Part shown: piece by piece, positions 1 through 12,334 of the stretch
Numbering within the stretch: position 1 is the first letter of the stretch
Layout: every line of letters starts with the position of its first letter
NCBI GenBank assembly: GCA_963693365.1
Contig: CAVNZM010000003.1
Coordinates: 10,834,988-10,898,987, forward strand
Reading direction: 5' to 3'
DNA length: 64,000 nucleotides
From: Amoebidium appalachense
Lineage: Eukaryota > Protista > Ichthyosporea
The notes under the pieces: generated by a model
Database searches by the model: none
Told to the model about the DNA's origin: nothing
What the model saw: the letters and a program-made list of their open reading frames with translations, nothing else
Made by a program: the position numbers and the translations under genes

Positions 1-339
1 GGGGGCCAGCTTGTTCCGTTTGGAAGCTGGAACATGAGTGTAGGCAAGGCAACCAAACACTTTGAGCTCGGAGATGTCGGGCTTGACACCGTAGAAAACC
101 TCGAACGGAGTACGACCGTTGGCAGCCGTGGACGGGGTGACGTTGACGATGTAGGCAGCATGTTGGAGGGGCTCAGCCCACAGTTTGGGGGAGAGAGACT
201 GATCTCGGACTTGGTGGAGTAGACAACGAACAATCTCTTGGAGGAACCGCATACGATGTTCAACATAGCCGTTCAGTTGAGGGCAGTCCACCGGGGCATA
301 ACTGGCCTTGATGCCCTGGGAGGTGCAAAAAGCACGGGT
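1..339 (-). mobile_element. Ty1/Copia integrase fragment (C-terminal part of core), continues off the window edge
   Basis: Manual minus-strand translation gives ...APVDCPQLNGYVEHRMRFL...KLWAEPLQHAAYIVNVTPS...RTPFEVFYGVKPDISELKVFGCLAYTHVPASKRNKLAP, matching Copia PQxNGxxE, LWxEA, TPxE and FGCxAY motifs. Homology stops at 339, where TGTTG begins. Confidence 0.9.
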
Positions 340-548
340 TGTTGTAATATGTAGTATTTACATATTGTAAGATCTTCTCAGTTCGTGTTACTAGTGTTTT
401 CATTCATTTACTTAGTGAAAGAGATGTGCTTACGGTACGTAAATTATGACATCGATCTCCACTGGAGTGTGTTTGAGTACTTGTAATCGTGTTGTGTCGG
501 CTATATTCGTGTGTTTAAATATCGATTACAGCAACTGATTATAGGTAC
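340..548 (+). repeat. Probable decayed Copia 5' LTR (340-536) with degenerate half-tRNA-iMet-type PBS
   Basis: Starts TGTTG exactly where the integrase is cut and ends CAAC(T). It is followed by GATTATAGGTAC, 4 mismatches from the Copia PBS GGTTATGGGCCC, and lies upstream of a gag relic. No second LTR was found. Confidence 0.45.
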
Positions 549-1399
549 ACGAGTCTACCCGGCCAGTGAGGGAGAAACGTGTACATATTTATGTGTACAT
601 GAATGTCTTCGGTTACAACTTGAACTGTGTTCTCATGTTCGTGTTTTCTGTCCTGCTTTCTTTTCTTTTTCCTCTTTCTTCTTCTTTCTTTTCTCTTTCT
701 TTCTTCTCTTGTTTCCTTTCACATAATTATATTTCTTTCTCACAAATATACGTTGAGTAGATTTATATTACTCGTTATGTTTTGATTGGTAGAAAAACAC
801 TTAGGTTACACTTTAGCTTGTCATGTATGATTCATAGCTTAGTCAACCACTTTTGTTTTGTGTGTTGCCGTACTATACTATATCCAATCAGTGGACTTAG
901 TCAGAAAATGTCTGAATCTTCAAAGTTTGTAGCCGATGAAAGGTTAGAAACATCGCCTCTTTCCTCGTTACTCTTCACCTCATTTCTTTCTTATAGCTGT
1001 GACCTATGGTGTGCGTTCCTGTGTCTCCGGATCTATCCGGGAAATAGTCAGTTAATTGTGATTGGTTATTTTAGACATAGATCTGATTTCCGACTGGTCG
1101 GAAATCATGTATGGATTTGACTTAAGGGAATTTCAGGTATTTATGCGAGATCAAAATAAATTGAGTTCAGTCGTGTCTAAACATTGATGTCTGTTGTGTA
1201 CACTGCTCCGATCGTTCCGTGTTTTGTTGTTGTGTGTTTGTGGTGTTTTCACACTGCACCACTGTGTCTCTGCTTCCGTCCCAACTACTTATATAATTTA
1301 ACAGGTTATGCAGCCCTTTTGCACGCTCCCTACACACATCTAGACCTAGCGATCGTTTTTCAATCATGGATCCAAACAAAACTGGTGTGAACAAAATAA

Positions 1400-2500
1400 T
1401 TATGTGAAAAGGTGAAGGGAAGACTGGTCCCGATAGCAAAACCACCTATTTTCAGTGGGAAATCATCTTTCTCGGCATGATGACCGGCACCAAAGGTGTC
1501 CGACTCGTGGATGTTGTGCTTGCTGACAACTACCTCCCCCCTACCACCGTCGCGGTCGACTTGAACTCCCCTTCTACGGCTACGGCACTGCCGCGGAACT
1601 CAAAGAGGCCCGCAATTGCCTCCTGCTCCATATGATTCAGAACATCGACCCTTCCGTGCTCACCACCGTCGCCCAGTACCGCATTGGCATGGACCCTGAA
1701 CGGGACATGTGGAAATTCCGTCAACACTACCTTCAAGGCAAACCCGATCAGATCCGCATCCTTCACCGTCATTGGGATGCCTGTGCCCTTCAGCCCGGTG
1801 AATCATTCACCACCTACCTGAGTCGTCTGCAGACCATCGTGAACCAGCTCCAGTCCCTCCAAGATGAGTCCATTCACTCAAGGCTTCACTCGTCTAGCTG
1901 AGAAGTTCTTCAATGAACTCACCACCCAAGACGACCTCACCCCTGGGTTCAACCGCCTCATCGAAGACTACCACTTCGGTGATAAGATATTCCCCGACTT
2001 CGAGTCCCTGCACAACCACATCAAGGGCATCGAGTTACGTCAAGACCTCAAGATGCAACGCCGGAACAACCGTGCCCACCGTCCCTCCAAGTCCAGCATG
2101 GCATTGAATGCCAGTGCTCCCCCCCGTGATAATCCCCGCCGTGACTTACGCCACCGACTTGACCGTACCTCCGGCACGGACCTCCGAACTCGTCTCTCCC
2201 GTCAGCACACCCGTTCCCGTTCCCCCCACCGGCCTGCCTTCCGGTCCACGTCCCGTTCCCCCAGTCGTTCCCGTTTCTCGAGTTCCCGTCGTTCTGATTC
2301 CCCGGCTCGTTCTAGCATGGGCTGTCCGCGAATGAATGCTCCTACTGCCACGAGCCTGATCACAAGATCATCGATTGCCCCGAACCGAAATGCCGTATGT
2401 CCAGACACAACCGTACCCGTCAAGGCAGTGAGAAATCCGTCTCCTTTGCCTTCTCTGCATACAATGCTCAGGTCTCTTGTCATTAACGATCCTTGGTAAT
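1400..2500 (+). pseudogene. Frameshifted Copia gag (UBN2/Retrotran_gag-like domain plus CCHC knuckle); pol absent
   Basis: LQPGESFTTYLSRLQTIVNQLQSL in ORF 1632-1901, an SR-rich linker in ORF 1864-2499, and in another frame CSYCHEPDHKIIDC (CX2CX4HX4C) at about 2337-2378. Confidence 0.8.
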
Positions 2501-3146
2501 CATGGATGTCAATACGTTACTAGTCTCTTGTCATTGACGATCCTTGGTAATCGTGTAAACGAATGAATCACTGGTTTCGTACCATTGACGATCCTTAATA
2601 CTTGTCAAAAAATGTTAGGTAAGATTTCGGATGTCACATTTGGATGTTTCTAGAATTTGGATGAATTTATTTATAAGTCGTTTTGAATTTGTATGAATTT
2701 CAGCTTGTGATTGATATAACTTGGTTAATTATAGATGGAAGAAACAATACTTATCCTACAATGGGTTCAAGTTGTCTTTTTTTGTTCCGATGATATAATT
2801 TAGATAAGGTTATTTCCCAGTAATTAGAATTTTAATAAGGAATTTTCGCCTATCACCAATATAATTTTGTATTTTTCTCTCGGAGCGGTTTTCTCCTGAG
2901 TTGGTTTTACTGTTAGATGTTCTTTCTTCAACTGGGTTGGCTATTAGCAGGATTTAATGTTAGTCGTCTTTTCCTGAGCTGTATTGACTGAAGTCGTGAT
3001 GTGTATATTTAGAAACAGGGTGAGTTTCATTGGTTCTGAAAACAGAGGTGTTATTGAGAATTAGCGATGATCCCGAAGGAGGTAGAAGAAGGTTCAAAAA
3101 GCGAATGCTCTTCTGTAATGGAGGGGGGAGATAGTAATTCTATGTT

Positions 3147-3784
3147 AAACTACTCCGGGACGTGTGTTGCCTCTAGGGGGACATCCGCTTGGACGAAAGT
3201 GAACCTGCAATGGTTGTAAACCACGGCAGGCCCCCAGTCATCAATTTATTGATCCGTGAGGTCCTTGTGCCCAAAAAACGGGGGAAGTCTTCGCCCCGTG
3301 AAAAAACAGCACGTATGTGGGGATCAATGGGGGTTGAGTGTAGGGTGTAGGTGGGTGGGTGAAAAGAAAATATAGCTGTAAAGCTGTAGGTGCTAAACAC
3401 AGAAGATGTGTTGTTGCTTGCTGATCTGCTAAAAACTGTCGTGCTTATATACCTGAGGCTACCGAACTGAGCCAATCAAAACCGATCTAGTGTTATGTGA
3501 AATCTTATCCTGAGCCAATCAAACTCGGTCTAGTGATCTGTGGAATCTGATGTTTTGATCGGCTAATAGGTGCCAGTATGCGGGCAGCCGAACGCGAACT
3601 GCTAAAACATGAAACGAAGCCTGTTGATATCGGACACCCATCCTACGTGTTTACCCAGAAAAATATTTATGTCAATAATTTCCACAAATAAAACCTCTAT
3701 GAAAACTACTCCGGGACGTGTGTTGCCTCTAGGGGGACATCCCCTTGGACGAAAGTGAACCTGCAATGGTTGTAAACCACGGCA
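3147..3784 (-). repeat. Ngaro 3' terminal repeat block B1-A2-(130-bp spacer)-B2
   Basis: Direct sequence identity of 3147-3228 with 3703-3784, and of 3359-3696 with 19270-19616. Confidence 0.95.
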
Positions 3785-3812
3785 CGAGAGCAGTATGCTT
3801 GCTCCAAAGGTT

Positions 3813-3945
3813 TCACTTAAGCATAGAGGCGAATACACGTGTGGTAGTGGCAGCAATGGAGGCCGGACGAAGTCGGGTATAGATCAGGAAACAGTCGGAG
3901 GACCACCTGCCGAGTTGTTTGATCCGGGAGTCGTGGGTTAGCCCA
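3813..3945 (-). pseudogene. C-terminal remnant (about 40 aa) of tyrosine recombinase
   Basis: A frame not in the ORF track reads GLTHDSRIKQLGRWSSDCFLIYTRLRP...MLK*, matching the IxxLGRWxSxxFxxYxR motif that carries the catalytic Tyr of DIRS/Ngaro recombinases. Confidence 0.85.
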
Positions 3946-4198
3946 AGGGAAGGGATAGGAACTCGTGGACCCAGGAGGGGAAGGGGCAGGGCTCCGGTTG
4001 CAGGGAAGGTCGGAGTCGTCGGGCCCGGGGAAGTTGGTTACGAGAAATGGCATCGGCCAGATGGTTGAGGGGTCCTGGTAGGTAGGATGCCTGTAACGTA
4101 AATTGGTATTGCATTTCCATGCGGGTGATGAACCGAATAAGTTTGGCCATCACGGGGTGGGGGGAAGACCGGGAGTGCAGGTCAGACACAGCACCCGT
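3938..4198 (-). pseudogene. Ngaro RNase H, C-terminal part
   Basis: GAVSDLHSRSS...LQASYLPGPLNHLADAISR. Joins in frame to ...RILCDNTG at 8967 once the LTR array and one CCCGT copy are removed. Confidence 0.9.
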
Positions 4199-7100
4199 TG
4201 TCATGTGCTGAGCTGATTCGTATTAGTTTGCTTCTATATTTTGTGTTTTGGTGAGTGAATTTCGGGGGTTTTCTTGCATAGTGATGCCGGGGTCTAAGTG
4301 GGGTATGAAGAGATTAATCAGTGGTATGGGGAGAACCTGATGCGGCGGCGGCTGATTGTTAAAGCTGCGCGCGTGCATGCTCCACGCCTCTGCGTACTCT
4401 CCATGTTAAATGTTGTATTGCTTCTTGCTGTGTGCGTGGCGAGACCCATGTTGCCTGTTCGCGTGTGTGTATGCTTATATGTATTGTGAGTAAACGTGTG
4501 TACGTGTTGTAGTGCTGTAGGGGTGTCTGAGGTCGCGGTAGCCAATGGTGTGGAGTGCGTGTAGTCTGTGGGGGAGGGAGTGTTGTGATTGGCTGAATGT
4601 CACTGTGGTATTTGTCTGGCCAGTGGGCCGCGTGTCTGTGAAGTGTCTCGCGGGGTCGCGGGCTTTTGGAAGTTCTTCTAAGAACACAAAAAACTCGCTT
4701 CCCACCCAACTCAAAGAAAAGTTTATACGTATACACGGTTTCGAGCCCCTTTAAGCGTGCAGATAGTTAGAGTAGTTTGTATACACTCTGTTTGTTGCCA
4801 CGACAAGCTACACCCCCTTTCTCTGCAGTTTTTTGCAGGGAGGGGGCACACGCACTGTTAGTCCTTCTGGGCTGTTGCTTTCACCCCTAGTTTTTTTTTC
4901 AGGACTAGCGGTTATGAGTGGTTTTGACTTAGGACTTTTTTCGACGGTTAGAGGTAGAAGAAACATACGCACACACAGACCTACAGCTAGCAACAGTTGG
5001 CATAGGCAACATGAGCAGTAGGACTAGTATCACAGGGGACTTAGTCCTCGCTAAGGACCTTGACCTCCCTAGGTGACTTAGCAAGCTCAGGGCCGTTTGT
5101 CCAGCAGAGGGCTCAGAGGGGACCGGCGGCGGTCACCCTCCCCACGGCGCTACCAGTCCTACCAGCCACGGCCACAACGGGATAACAGATGGGCCAGGCT
5201 GGCGTCTTTGGGCGGGACAGCAAGAGCCGGCGCCAGGCTCTTTCCCAGGCACCTGCGACAACTGCAAGGAGCGGGTGCAACGCGTGGTGTAAACAGCCCC
5301 GGGGGGGGCAGGGACGTCGGTGACCGTGTTGCTGGTATGAAGGTTTTATTAGGGGGTAGGCCGTCTCTTGGGTTGTTCAAGTTGTTGTTGTATGGGAGTT
5401 GTGTGGTGTTTCTTTTTCGCTGAGTTTTCTACTGGTGCCTGGCGTTTTCGACGTGTGTATGAGTCCTGTGTTGGCGACGTGTGTGGTTAGGGTCAGTGGA
5501 ATAGAAAGTCCTGCTGCTGTCTGGGAGCTCGGCCCTCTGACGAGGGGGCTGGGGGGGGGTCGAAGTGTAGTCATGGCAGTGGCAGGCCCCCACTGTTGTG
5601 AACCCCCGTCGTCAAAGGGCCTGGTGCTGAGGCCCCTTGGAGTGGCTGCCCTGGGCCTGGTGTTGAGGCCCTTTGGAGTGGCTGCCCGTAGTGTTGTTGA
5701 GTAGTGTTGTGGTGCCCAGTGCAGCAGTAGGCCTTAGACACACCGCTGCCAGGTAGGGCACGGTTGGGGCGGAGGCATTCCCAAACCACCGGGACCTACG
5801 TAGTAGGAGTCTTTGTCGGGTAGAGGAATGGCCAGCAAGAGAGTCTGGAGGTGTACGTCACATGAGTCTGGAGGTGTTCGTCACGGCATGTTTGGTTGTG
5901 TTAGGAATTCTTTGTGGATGGGACATGCTGAGTGTGGTTGTATGGATGGTGTCTGTTATCATGTCTGTTGCTATGTTCGACTCGATATAACATTGTGCCA
6001 GGGGCTTGGGGTTTTGGGTGCAGGTTGTGGACGGGGGCAGAGGTGCATCTACAGGGCAACGTCAGTGGCGGTTCATAATTATCCTTGTTTTGGGGTTGGG
6101 TTGGGTATTAACCATGCTGGGGTGGTTCGTGGATGCATGTATATGTTTTATGTTATATGTTATATGTTGCTTCCTGCATGGTTAGCGGTAGTTGTAGTCG
6201 CTCAGCACATAATTTTATTTTGTTTTTAGGTAGTTTTTACTGAGGTGGAACTCAGTTATTTTCTGTGCGAGGGGGGAGTTGTCATGTGCTGAGCTGATTC
6301 GTATTAGTTTGCTTCTATATTTTGTGTTTTGGTGAGTGAATTTCGGGGGTTTTCTTGCATAGTGATGCCGGGGTCTAAGTGGGGTATGAGGAGATTAATC
6401 AGTGGTATGGGGAGAACCTGATGCGGCGGCGGCTGATTGTTAAAGCTGTGCGCGTGCATGCTCCACGCCTCTGCGTACTCTCCATGTTAAATGTTGTATT
6501 GCTTCTTGCTGTGTGCGTGGCGAGACCCATGTTGCCTGTTCGCGTGTGTGTATGCTTATATGTATTGTGAGTAAACGTGTGTACGTGTTGTAGTGCTGTA
6601 GGGGTGTCTGAGGTCGCGGTAGCCAATGGTGTGGAGTGCGTGTAGTCTGTGGGGGAGGGAGTGTTGTGATTGGCTGAATGTCACTGTGGTATTTGTCTGG
6701 CCAGTGGGCCGCGTGTCTGTGAAGTGTCTCGCGGGGTCGCGGGCTTTTGGAAGTTCTTCTAAGAACACAAAAAACTCGCTTCCCACCCAACTCAAAGAAA
6801 AGTTTATACGTATACACGGTTTCGAGCCCCTTTAAGCGTGCAGATAGTTAGAGTAGTTTGTATACACTCTGTTTGTTGCCACGACAAGCTACACCCCCTT
6901 TCTCTGCAGTTTTTTGCAGGGAGGGGGCACACGCACTGTTAGTCCTTCTGGGCTGTTGCTTTCACCCCTAGTTTTTTTTTTTCAGGACTAGCGGTTATGA
7001 GTGGTTTTGACTTAGGACTTTTTTCGACGGTTAGAGGTAGAAGAAACATACGCACACACAGACCTACAGCTAGCAACAGTTGGCATAGGCAACATGAGCA

Positions 7101-8966
7101 GTAGGACTAGTATCACAGGGGACTTAGTCCTCGCTAAGGACCTTGACCTCCCTAGGTGACTTAGCAAGCTCAGGGCCGTTTGTCCAGCAGAGGGCTCAGA
7201 GGGGACCGGCGGCGGTCACCCTCCCCACGGCGCTACCAGTCCTACCAGCCACGGCCACAACGGGATAACAGATGGGCCAGGCTGGCGTCTTTGGGCGGGA
7301 CAGCAAGAGCCGGCGCCAGGCTCTTTCCCAGGCACCTGCGACAACTGCAAGGAGCGGGTGCAACGCGTGGTGTAAACAGCCCCGGGGGGCAGGGACGTCG
7401 GTGACCGTGTTGCTGGTATGAAGGTTTTATTAGGGGGTAGGCCGTCTCTTGGGTTGTTCAAGTTGTTGTTGTATGGGAGTTGTGTGGTGTTTCTTTTTCG
7501 CTGAGTTTTCTACTGGTGCCTGGCGTTTTCGACGTGTGTATGAGTCCTGTGTTGGCGACGTGTGTGGTTAGGGTCAGTGGAATAGAAAGTCCTGCTGCTG
7601 TCTGGGAGCTCGGCCCTCTGACGAGGGGGCTGGGGGGGGGTCGAAGTGTAGTCATGGCAGTGGCAGGCCCCCACTGTTGTGAACCCCCGTCGTCAAAGGG
7701 CCTGGTGCTGAGGCCCCTTGGAGTGGCTGCCCTGGGCCTGGTGTTGAGGCCCTTTGGAGTGGCTGCCCGTAGTGTTGTTGAGTAGTGTTGTGGTGCCCAG
7801 TGCAGCAGTAGGCCTTAGACACACCGCTGCCAGGTAGGGCACGGTTGGGGCGGAGGCATTCCCAAACCACCGGGACCTACGTAGTAGGAGTCTTTGTCGG
7901 GTAGAGGAATGGCCAGCAAGAGAGTCTGGAGGTGTACGTCACATGAGTCTGGAGGTGTTCGTCACGGCATGTTTGGTTGTGTTAGGAATTCTTTGTGGAT
8001 GGGACATGCTGAGTGTGGTTGTATGGATGGTGTCTGTTATCATGTCTGTTGCTATGTTCGACTCGATATAACATTGTGCCAGGGGCTTGGGGTTTTGGGT
8101 GCAGGTTGTGGACGGGGGCAGAGGTGCATCTACAGGGCAACGTCAGTGGCGGTTCATAATTATCCTTGTTTTGGGGTTGGGTTGGGTATTAACCATGCTG
8201 GGGTGGTTCGTGGATGCATGTATATGTTTTATGTTATATGTTATATGTTGCTTCCTGCATGGTTAGCGGTAGTTGTAGTCGCTCAGCACATAACTTTATT
8301 TTGTTTTTAGGTAGTTTTTACTGAGGTGGAACTCAGTTATTTTCTGTGCGAGGGGGAGTTGTCATGTGCTGAGCTGATTCGTATTAGTTTGCTTCTATAT
8401 TTTGTGTTTTGGTGAGTGAATTTCGGGGGTTTTCTTGCATAGTGATGCCGGGGTCTAAGTGGGGTATGAGGAGATTAATCAGTGGTATGGGGAGAACCTG
8501 ATGCGGCGGCGGCTGATTGTTAAAGCTGTGCGCGTGCATGCTCCACGCCTCTGCGTACTCTCCATGTTAAATGTTGTATTGCTTCTTGCTGTGTGCGTGG
8601 CGAGACCCATGTTGCCTGTTCGCGTGTGTGTATGCTTATATGTATTGTGAGTAAACGTGTGTACGTGTTGTAGTGCTGTAGGGGTGTCTGAGGTCGCGGT
8701 AGCCAATGGTGTGGAGTGCGTGTAGTCTGTGGGGGAGGGAGTGTTGTGATTGGCTGAATGTCACTGTGGTATTTGTCTGGCCAGTGGGCCGCGTGTCTGT
8801 GAAGTGTCTCGCGGGGTCGCGGGCTTTTGGAAGTTCTTCTAAGAACACAAAAAACTCGCTTCCCACCCAACTCAAAGAAAAGTTTATACGTATACACGGT
8901 TTCGAGCCCCTTTAAGCGTGCAGATAGTTAGAGTAGTTTGTATACACTCTGTTTGTTGCCACGACA
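4199..8966 (+). mobile_element. Non-coding LTR retroelement in tandem form (LTR-int-LTR-int-LTR), TRIM/LARD-like
   Basis: Three 607-bp TG...CA LTRs at 4199-4805, 6280-6886 and 8360-8966; two internal parts of about 1474 bp; PPT GAGGGGG(G)AGT before LTR2 and LTR3; 5-bp TSD CCCGT at 4194-4198 and 8967-8971; no RT or integrase ORF. Confidence 0.95.
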
Positions 8967-10408
8967 CCCGTGTTGTCGCATAAAATACGGACATGGTGGG
9001 TGGACCAGGAGGGGGCCCAGAGGGCCACGGCGGCTGCGATGGCCAGGAGTTCGATGACGGAAGAACCGAGTTTACCCTCATGAGCATAGAGGGCTTGGGT
9101 GGAGGGGGACCAGGGCATGAAGAACCATTGGTCGAGCCAGTGGCCTCCTAGACCCACCGATCCGGCAGCATCGGTGGCCAGGGTGGTGTATGTGGGGGGT
9201 GTAATGAGGTGCACCCCATTCCATGATGTGAGGAACTGGTGCCATTCGGTTATGTCGGCCCGGGCGGCAGCAGTCAGTCGTATGTGGTGGTGGCCGGCAA
9301 GGTGTGGGTGGGTCCGGAGAAGGGCCCATAGGCGCTGGGAGAAGGCCCGCCCGGGGGGAACCAGCTGGGCACACCAGGTGAGTTTGCCGAGGAGGGACTG
9401 GAGGTCTTGAATGGTGATGGTGGGCAAATTGGGTGGGAAGTGAGGTCGAGTAGGTCCGAGAGCTTGGAAGCCGGGATTCGTGCCTCCATGGCGATGGAGT
9501 CGAATTCGATACCGATGAAGACGACACGGGTAGCCGGGCCCTGCATCTTCAAGTTGTCTTCGGAGATGGCAATGTGCAGCTCTCGGCAGAGTTGCAGGAA
9601 GGTGGATAGGTGACGTTGGCACTGCTCTTGTGTGGGGGCGACTATAATCCAGTCGTCTACGTAGTGGCGGATGAGGGTAATATCGTGCTGGTGTGCCAGC
9701 CACTGTAGGGTGGCCGCGATCCGTTCCCAGATGGCTGGGCTAGATTTCAGGCCGAAGGGCAGTCTGGTTTCAATGTAAAAATGCCCCAGCCATTTGAATG
9801 CCATTAAGTGATGGTCTTCTGGTCGGATGGGCATGTGCCGGAACTTCAAGGCAGCCTGCACATCTGCCACGGCCATGTAGCAGCCGGGGCCTGCGTCGAG
9901 AATGAGCTGGGTGACGTCCCGGGCGCGAATGTACTGAAGTTCGTCGGGGTAGGTGATGTTGTCATTGACACTGCTACCCCGGGGCCAGGAGAGGTGGTGG
10001 ATTCGACGGTACTTGGGGGGGTTCCCTTTCTTGGTAACGGCGCCGATGGGGGAGGAACGGTGGACCGGAAATTCGTCAAAGAATTGGGCCGGGGAGAGGG
10101 GGCCGCGCAGGTGGCCGAGGGCGACTTCTTTGGCAATATCCGCCGTGATAGCGGCAGCTGCCTCTGGGGTGGTGGGTAGGTTGGGGCCCACCCGAGAGGT
10201 GGAGGGGCCGCGATAGCCGATGTCGACACCGAATTCGACATCGTGGAGGAGTTGTGCGGCGAATGATTGGTCTGGGTAGGAGGCCAGCAGTTCCCGGAGG
10301 CGGGAGGTGTCAATGTGGTGCTGGGGCAGCGTTCGGGCCTCCGGGTCTGAGCCTCGGGGGAAGGGGGTGGTTAGCAAGGGTGGGGCACCCTCGGGGAGAT
10401 CCCGGCAG

Positions 10409-10442
<34 letters not shown>

Positions 10443-10580
10443 GGGGGGGGGGGGGGGGCAGCAGGGCCCCGGGGGGTCAGAGTAGGGCAGCTGGGCCCGA
10501 GTGAGGGTTGGCAGGGAGGGCAGCGGGGCCCTGTGCAGGGGAATGTGCCCGAGCACGCGGGGGTGTGGGCGGACACAGAG
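8967..10580 (-). pseudogene. Ngaro reverse transcriptase and RNase H N-terminal part (frameshift near 9430)
   Basis: SPIGAVTKK, YRRIHHLS, ADVQAA, RLPFGLKSSP, HYVDDW and FIGIEFDS in ORF 9274-10377; LQSLLGKL, TDAAG, ELLAI and CDN in ORF 8912-9703. Confidence 0.93.
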
Positions 10581-12038
10581 TGACATATACTAATCCGTCT
10601 CAGCAGATTAGCCTAAGTCTACGATCGAGATCGGGGGGGGGGGGGGGGGGGGGAGGTGGCCCGGGTCCACAGATCATCAAGATCAAGTCCGGGGCCTCAA
10701 GATAGCTGTACAGCTGCGTGCATCTTGCCTCTGCCGGCGCAGGGCATTGGACCACGTCAGCCGGGACAGACGTCCAATAGAATTCTAATTAGTGTGTAGG
10801 ATAGATCGTAGGAGGACTTAGGAATGTGATTGTTCGGGCAGAAGCCCTTTTGTAAGGATTGGCAAGGTTTGATAGTATATGTTGCCAAACGTATTTATAT
10901 ATGTAGATGTAGAGGAAAGGGGGGGAGGGAGGGGGGGGAGGATAGTATGAAATGTAGATTTAGACTCTGCGGTGCCACTAGGGGGAGGGTGAGGGGTGAG
11001 ACTTGGATAAATATATTAGTTGAGTAGATCGACTTAGCTCGTGCAGGCGCACGATAAAAGTAGATCGGAATGTTAATGGAATGTGGCATCGTAGGGGGCC
11101 AGGTGATGATGATCTTGTAGGGCACGGCCTTGATGGCCTCAGTCGTAACTTAGACTCAATCCGTACGGATCTAAGTTTGCCCGTCGGAGCCTGGTCTTAA
11201 TAAACTTTACCGTTTTTCTGTACACGTTCGTTCCTTTTCGTGTGTGTACACTTAGTAGAGTGCCGCGTCTCTAGTACACATATATTAGGATACGACAAGC
11301 TACACCTTTCTTTTAGTGCGGTTTTTCGCGCTAGGGTAACGCGGTGACAGTTCCTTCTGGGCTGTTGCTACACCTCAAAAACACAAACATAAACACAACC
11401 TCTCAACTAGGGCACACACAACACCATGGCTAAGTTTCACGTAGATATGTTCTACGCGTTGGCAGCGGAGGATAGCTCCCTGCACACACAGATACCACAG
11501 GTTCACACACTAGCTATAGACGCCAGAAACACAACAGCTTTTAGTTTACACTCAAACACCAGCGGTCGTGGGCGTGGTGGACGTAGCGGACAGCAGCAGC
11601 AGTTCGACGAGGGGCATCGTCGTGGGTCCTCAAGACAGCGTCGAGGTGGTATGGCATGAATGTTTGTGGGGTGACTCTACCAAAGGTATGAATGGTGTGA
11701 ATGTTTTGTGGTTGGGGGAGGTTCCCCAGCCACAAGTGGATGGTCTCAGTGTTTCTTGTCCCAACCCGGTGTTTGTTCTAACCACACCGGAGGGGGTTTC
11801 TGTGCCATTGTTTCCGGGAGGGGGGGGGACACACACGAGTAAAGGGGGAAGGGGGGGGGAAGGCACAGACACATAGAAACACACCACCACAACAACATAC
11901 GACGGTTGCAGACACACCTACACCCACACACACACCCACACATACACCACACACACACACACCACCCACCCACACATCACACACACACACTCCACCACCA
12001 CCCACATCACATACACACCCCACCCCACCCGTGCAGGC

Positions 12039-12334
12039 ACCACAGGTAGGTATGTTGCACGTAGGTATCGAGGGTGTGAGTCTTCGTGGGCAGGGATTGG
12101 GAGTGAGTGATGATGTGTTGCTTGAATTGGAGGAGGATTTAGTTGGTTTTAGCCGGCATTATATAGACGTATGGTTAGCTGATGGTACCACAGGTAGGTA
12201 TGTTGCACGTAGGTATCGAGGGTGTGAGTCTTCGTGGGCAGGGATTGGGAGTGAGTGATGATGTGTTGCTTGAATTGGAGGAGGATTTAGTTGGTTTTAG
12301 CCGGCATTATATAGACGTATGGTTAGCTGATGGT
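12039..12334 (+). repeat. Perfect 148-bp tandem duplication at the start of pol
   Basis: 12039-12186 equals 12187-12334; the length is not a multiple of 3. Confidence 0.95.

Noticed and set aside
3120-3146. GAGGGGGGAGA as the PPT and 3' LTR start of the Copia at 340
   Set aside because: The following sequence, even joined across the Ngaro insertion, does not match 340-536 and does not start with TG.
3160-3236. HDV/CPEB3-like ribozyme starting GGGGGCC on the minus strand
   Set aside because: The nested double pseudoknot and the catalytic C junction could not be built; only simple hairpins form.
4298-8915. Triplicated short ORFs inside the tandem LTR element
   Set aside because: They are incidental frames in LTR and internal non-coding sequence, repeated only because the unit is repeated.
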